64,000 nucleotides of DNA from Nemertoderma westbladi (taxonomy: Eukaryota > Animalia > Xenacoelomorpha): positions 80,763-144,762 of the forward strand of contig JAUCBJ010003676.1 in NCBI GenBank assembly GCA_032718475.1, in the 5' to 3' direction. Below, piece after piece: positions 62,780 through 64,000 of the stretch. A program made the translations under genes and the position numbers. Under the pieces are notes generated by a model that was not told where the DNA came from, did not search any database, and worked only from the letters and a program-made list of their open reading frames with translations. Each line of letters opens with the position of its first letter. Positions within the stretch are counted from its first letter, which is position 1.

Positions 62780-63760
62780 TGATGTTTAGGGCTGCCCTTA
62801 GTAGTCTTGTGTAGCAACCATCAACTCGTTGTTCAAGTGATTTAGTTATAGTCAGTGTCCAGGTCTCACGCCCGTATAAAAATACACTTTCCACTGTGGC
62901 TCGAAAGAACTTAGTCTTCAGGTGCCTGGAGAGATCTGATTTCCAGATGGTATCCATTTTTGATAGAGCTACCCAAGCCTTTGGTTTCCTAACTTCTATG
63001 TCTTTTTGCTACTCGATCCAAGGAACTGGAAGTCGTCGACCTTCCTTAGTTGATTATTATCAATAGTTGTCAAGTTTCCATCAACATTAAAGTTCATGAA
63101 TTCGGTCTTGGTAGTATTTATATGCAATCCAACCTCCTTAGCAGCCCTCTCCACTTTATTTAGTAGAAGCTCTGCATCTGCTAGCGTATTAGAGAGTAGG
63201 GCGATGTCATCCGCAAAGTCGGTGTCTTTGACTATAGTTGCTAGATATCTACTACTTTTGCGTTCTTGAAGTGTGAATCCGAGATCTTCACCCTTTGTGG
63301 CCGTCCTCATTGCGTAATCCAGCACAATTACAAATAGTAAACTAATGTCTAATGTGTCACCTTGCAGTACGCCAGCCAGGATTGAGAAAAACTCAGTTTC
63401 ACCATCTGTACTTCAGTGTCACAATATAACAATACAATGTCAGCAACAATTACTTCTGGTATTCCATAAGCTCTTAGGATTTCAAGCATTTTACCTCTAT
63501 GGATGGAGTCCACAAAAGTCATGACTGCGGGGAGAATCTTTGACTTAATTCCTTCAATCAGTCTTCGTAGTGCAAGTATCTGAGCTATTGTTGATCTACT
63601 TGGACGAAATCCGTTTTGTCTCTTACGCAGTAGTTTCTCTATGTGAGGCCTAATCCTATATAGAATCATTTTATTGAATATTTTGGCAGCTACCACAAGC
63701 AGTTGGGGAGAGGCTTTAGTTGACCTTTGGTCCAAATTGGTGGTGCAAACATTCAATAAT
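62780..63760 (-). mobile_element. RTE-clade LINE RT fragment
   Basis: QNGFRPSRST, GVLQGDTL, DFADDIALL, FFRATVESV; same family as 31225-31935. Confidence 0.9.
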
Positions 63761-64000
63761 GGTCTGTTTAGCACTCCGGTTTTCCATTACTACTAGGATC
63801 GGCATGCTGCATTGCAGCTGCATTTTAAGGAATGCTGTGCCGGTGTTCGCGCTTTCAGACCTTTGGCAGTTTAACCTGCCAAATTAAGATGTCTTCTAGA
63901 TATTAAATCGCTTTTTAGCCTATGACAAGTATTTGATTCACTACACTAGTCGAAACCAATCTGTGCGCGACCATTCACCCGCTGGATATTCCTGGGAGAT

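Overview
AT-rich eukaryotic (most likely invertebrate metazoan) DNA dominated by transposons and satellites; nothing prokaryotic. Main contents: (1) an apparently intact, young 16.5-kb BEL/Pao LTR retrotransposon (549-17084, minus strand, 2.2-kb LTRs, GATGA TSD, single 2765-aa Gag-Pol, extra 3' ORFs). It is nested in the long LTR of a related element, which in turn interrupts a Sola1-like DNA transposon. (2) A second BEL/Pao element (33683-~44040) with nonsense-interrupted gag-pol and a 3' ORF resembling a WRN/RNase D-type DEDDy 3'-5' exonuclease. (3) A third, decayed BEL/Pao element, a solo LTR, several RTE-type LINE pieces, a foldback-type MITE, and 27-, 42-, 60-bp and pentamer tandem arrays. 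(4) One host gene on the minus strand, which I assembled from four phase-compatible coding exons (60744-60876, 48425-49066, 30833-30961, 29787-30538; 551 aa): signal peptide, KRR, fibrinogen-related domain, Ca-binding EGF, SEA-like region, Thr-rich stalk, hydrophobic tail. Most notable: the intact BEL element has no tRNA primer-binding site, but the 10 nt after its 5' LTR are perfectly complementary to a sequence inside its own LTR, suggesting possible Tf1-like self-priming. All family assignments are from motif recognition by eye, not database searches.
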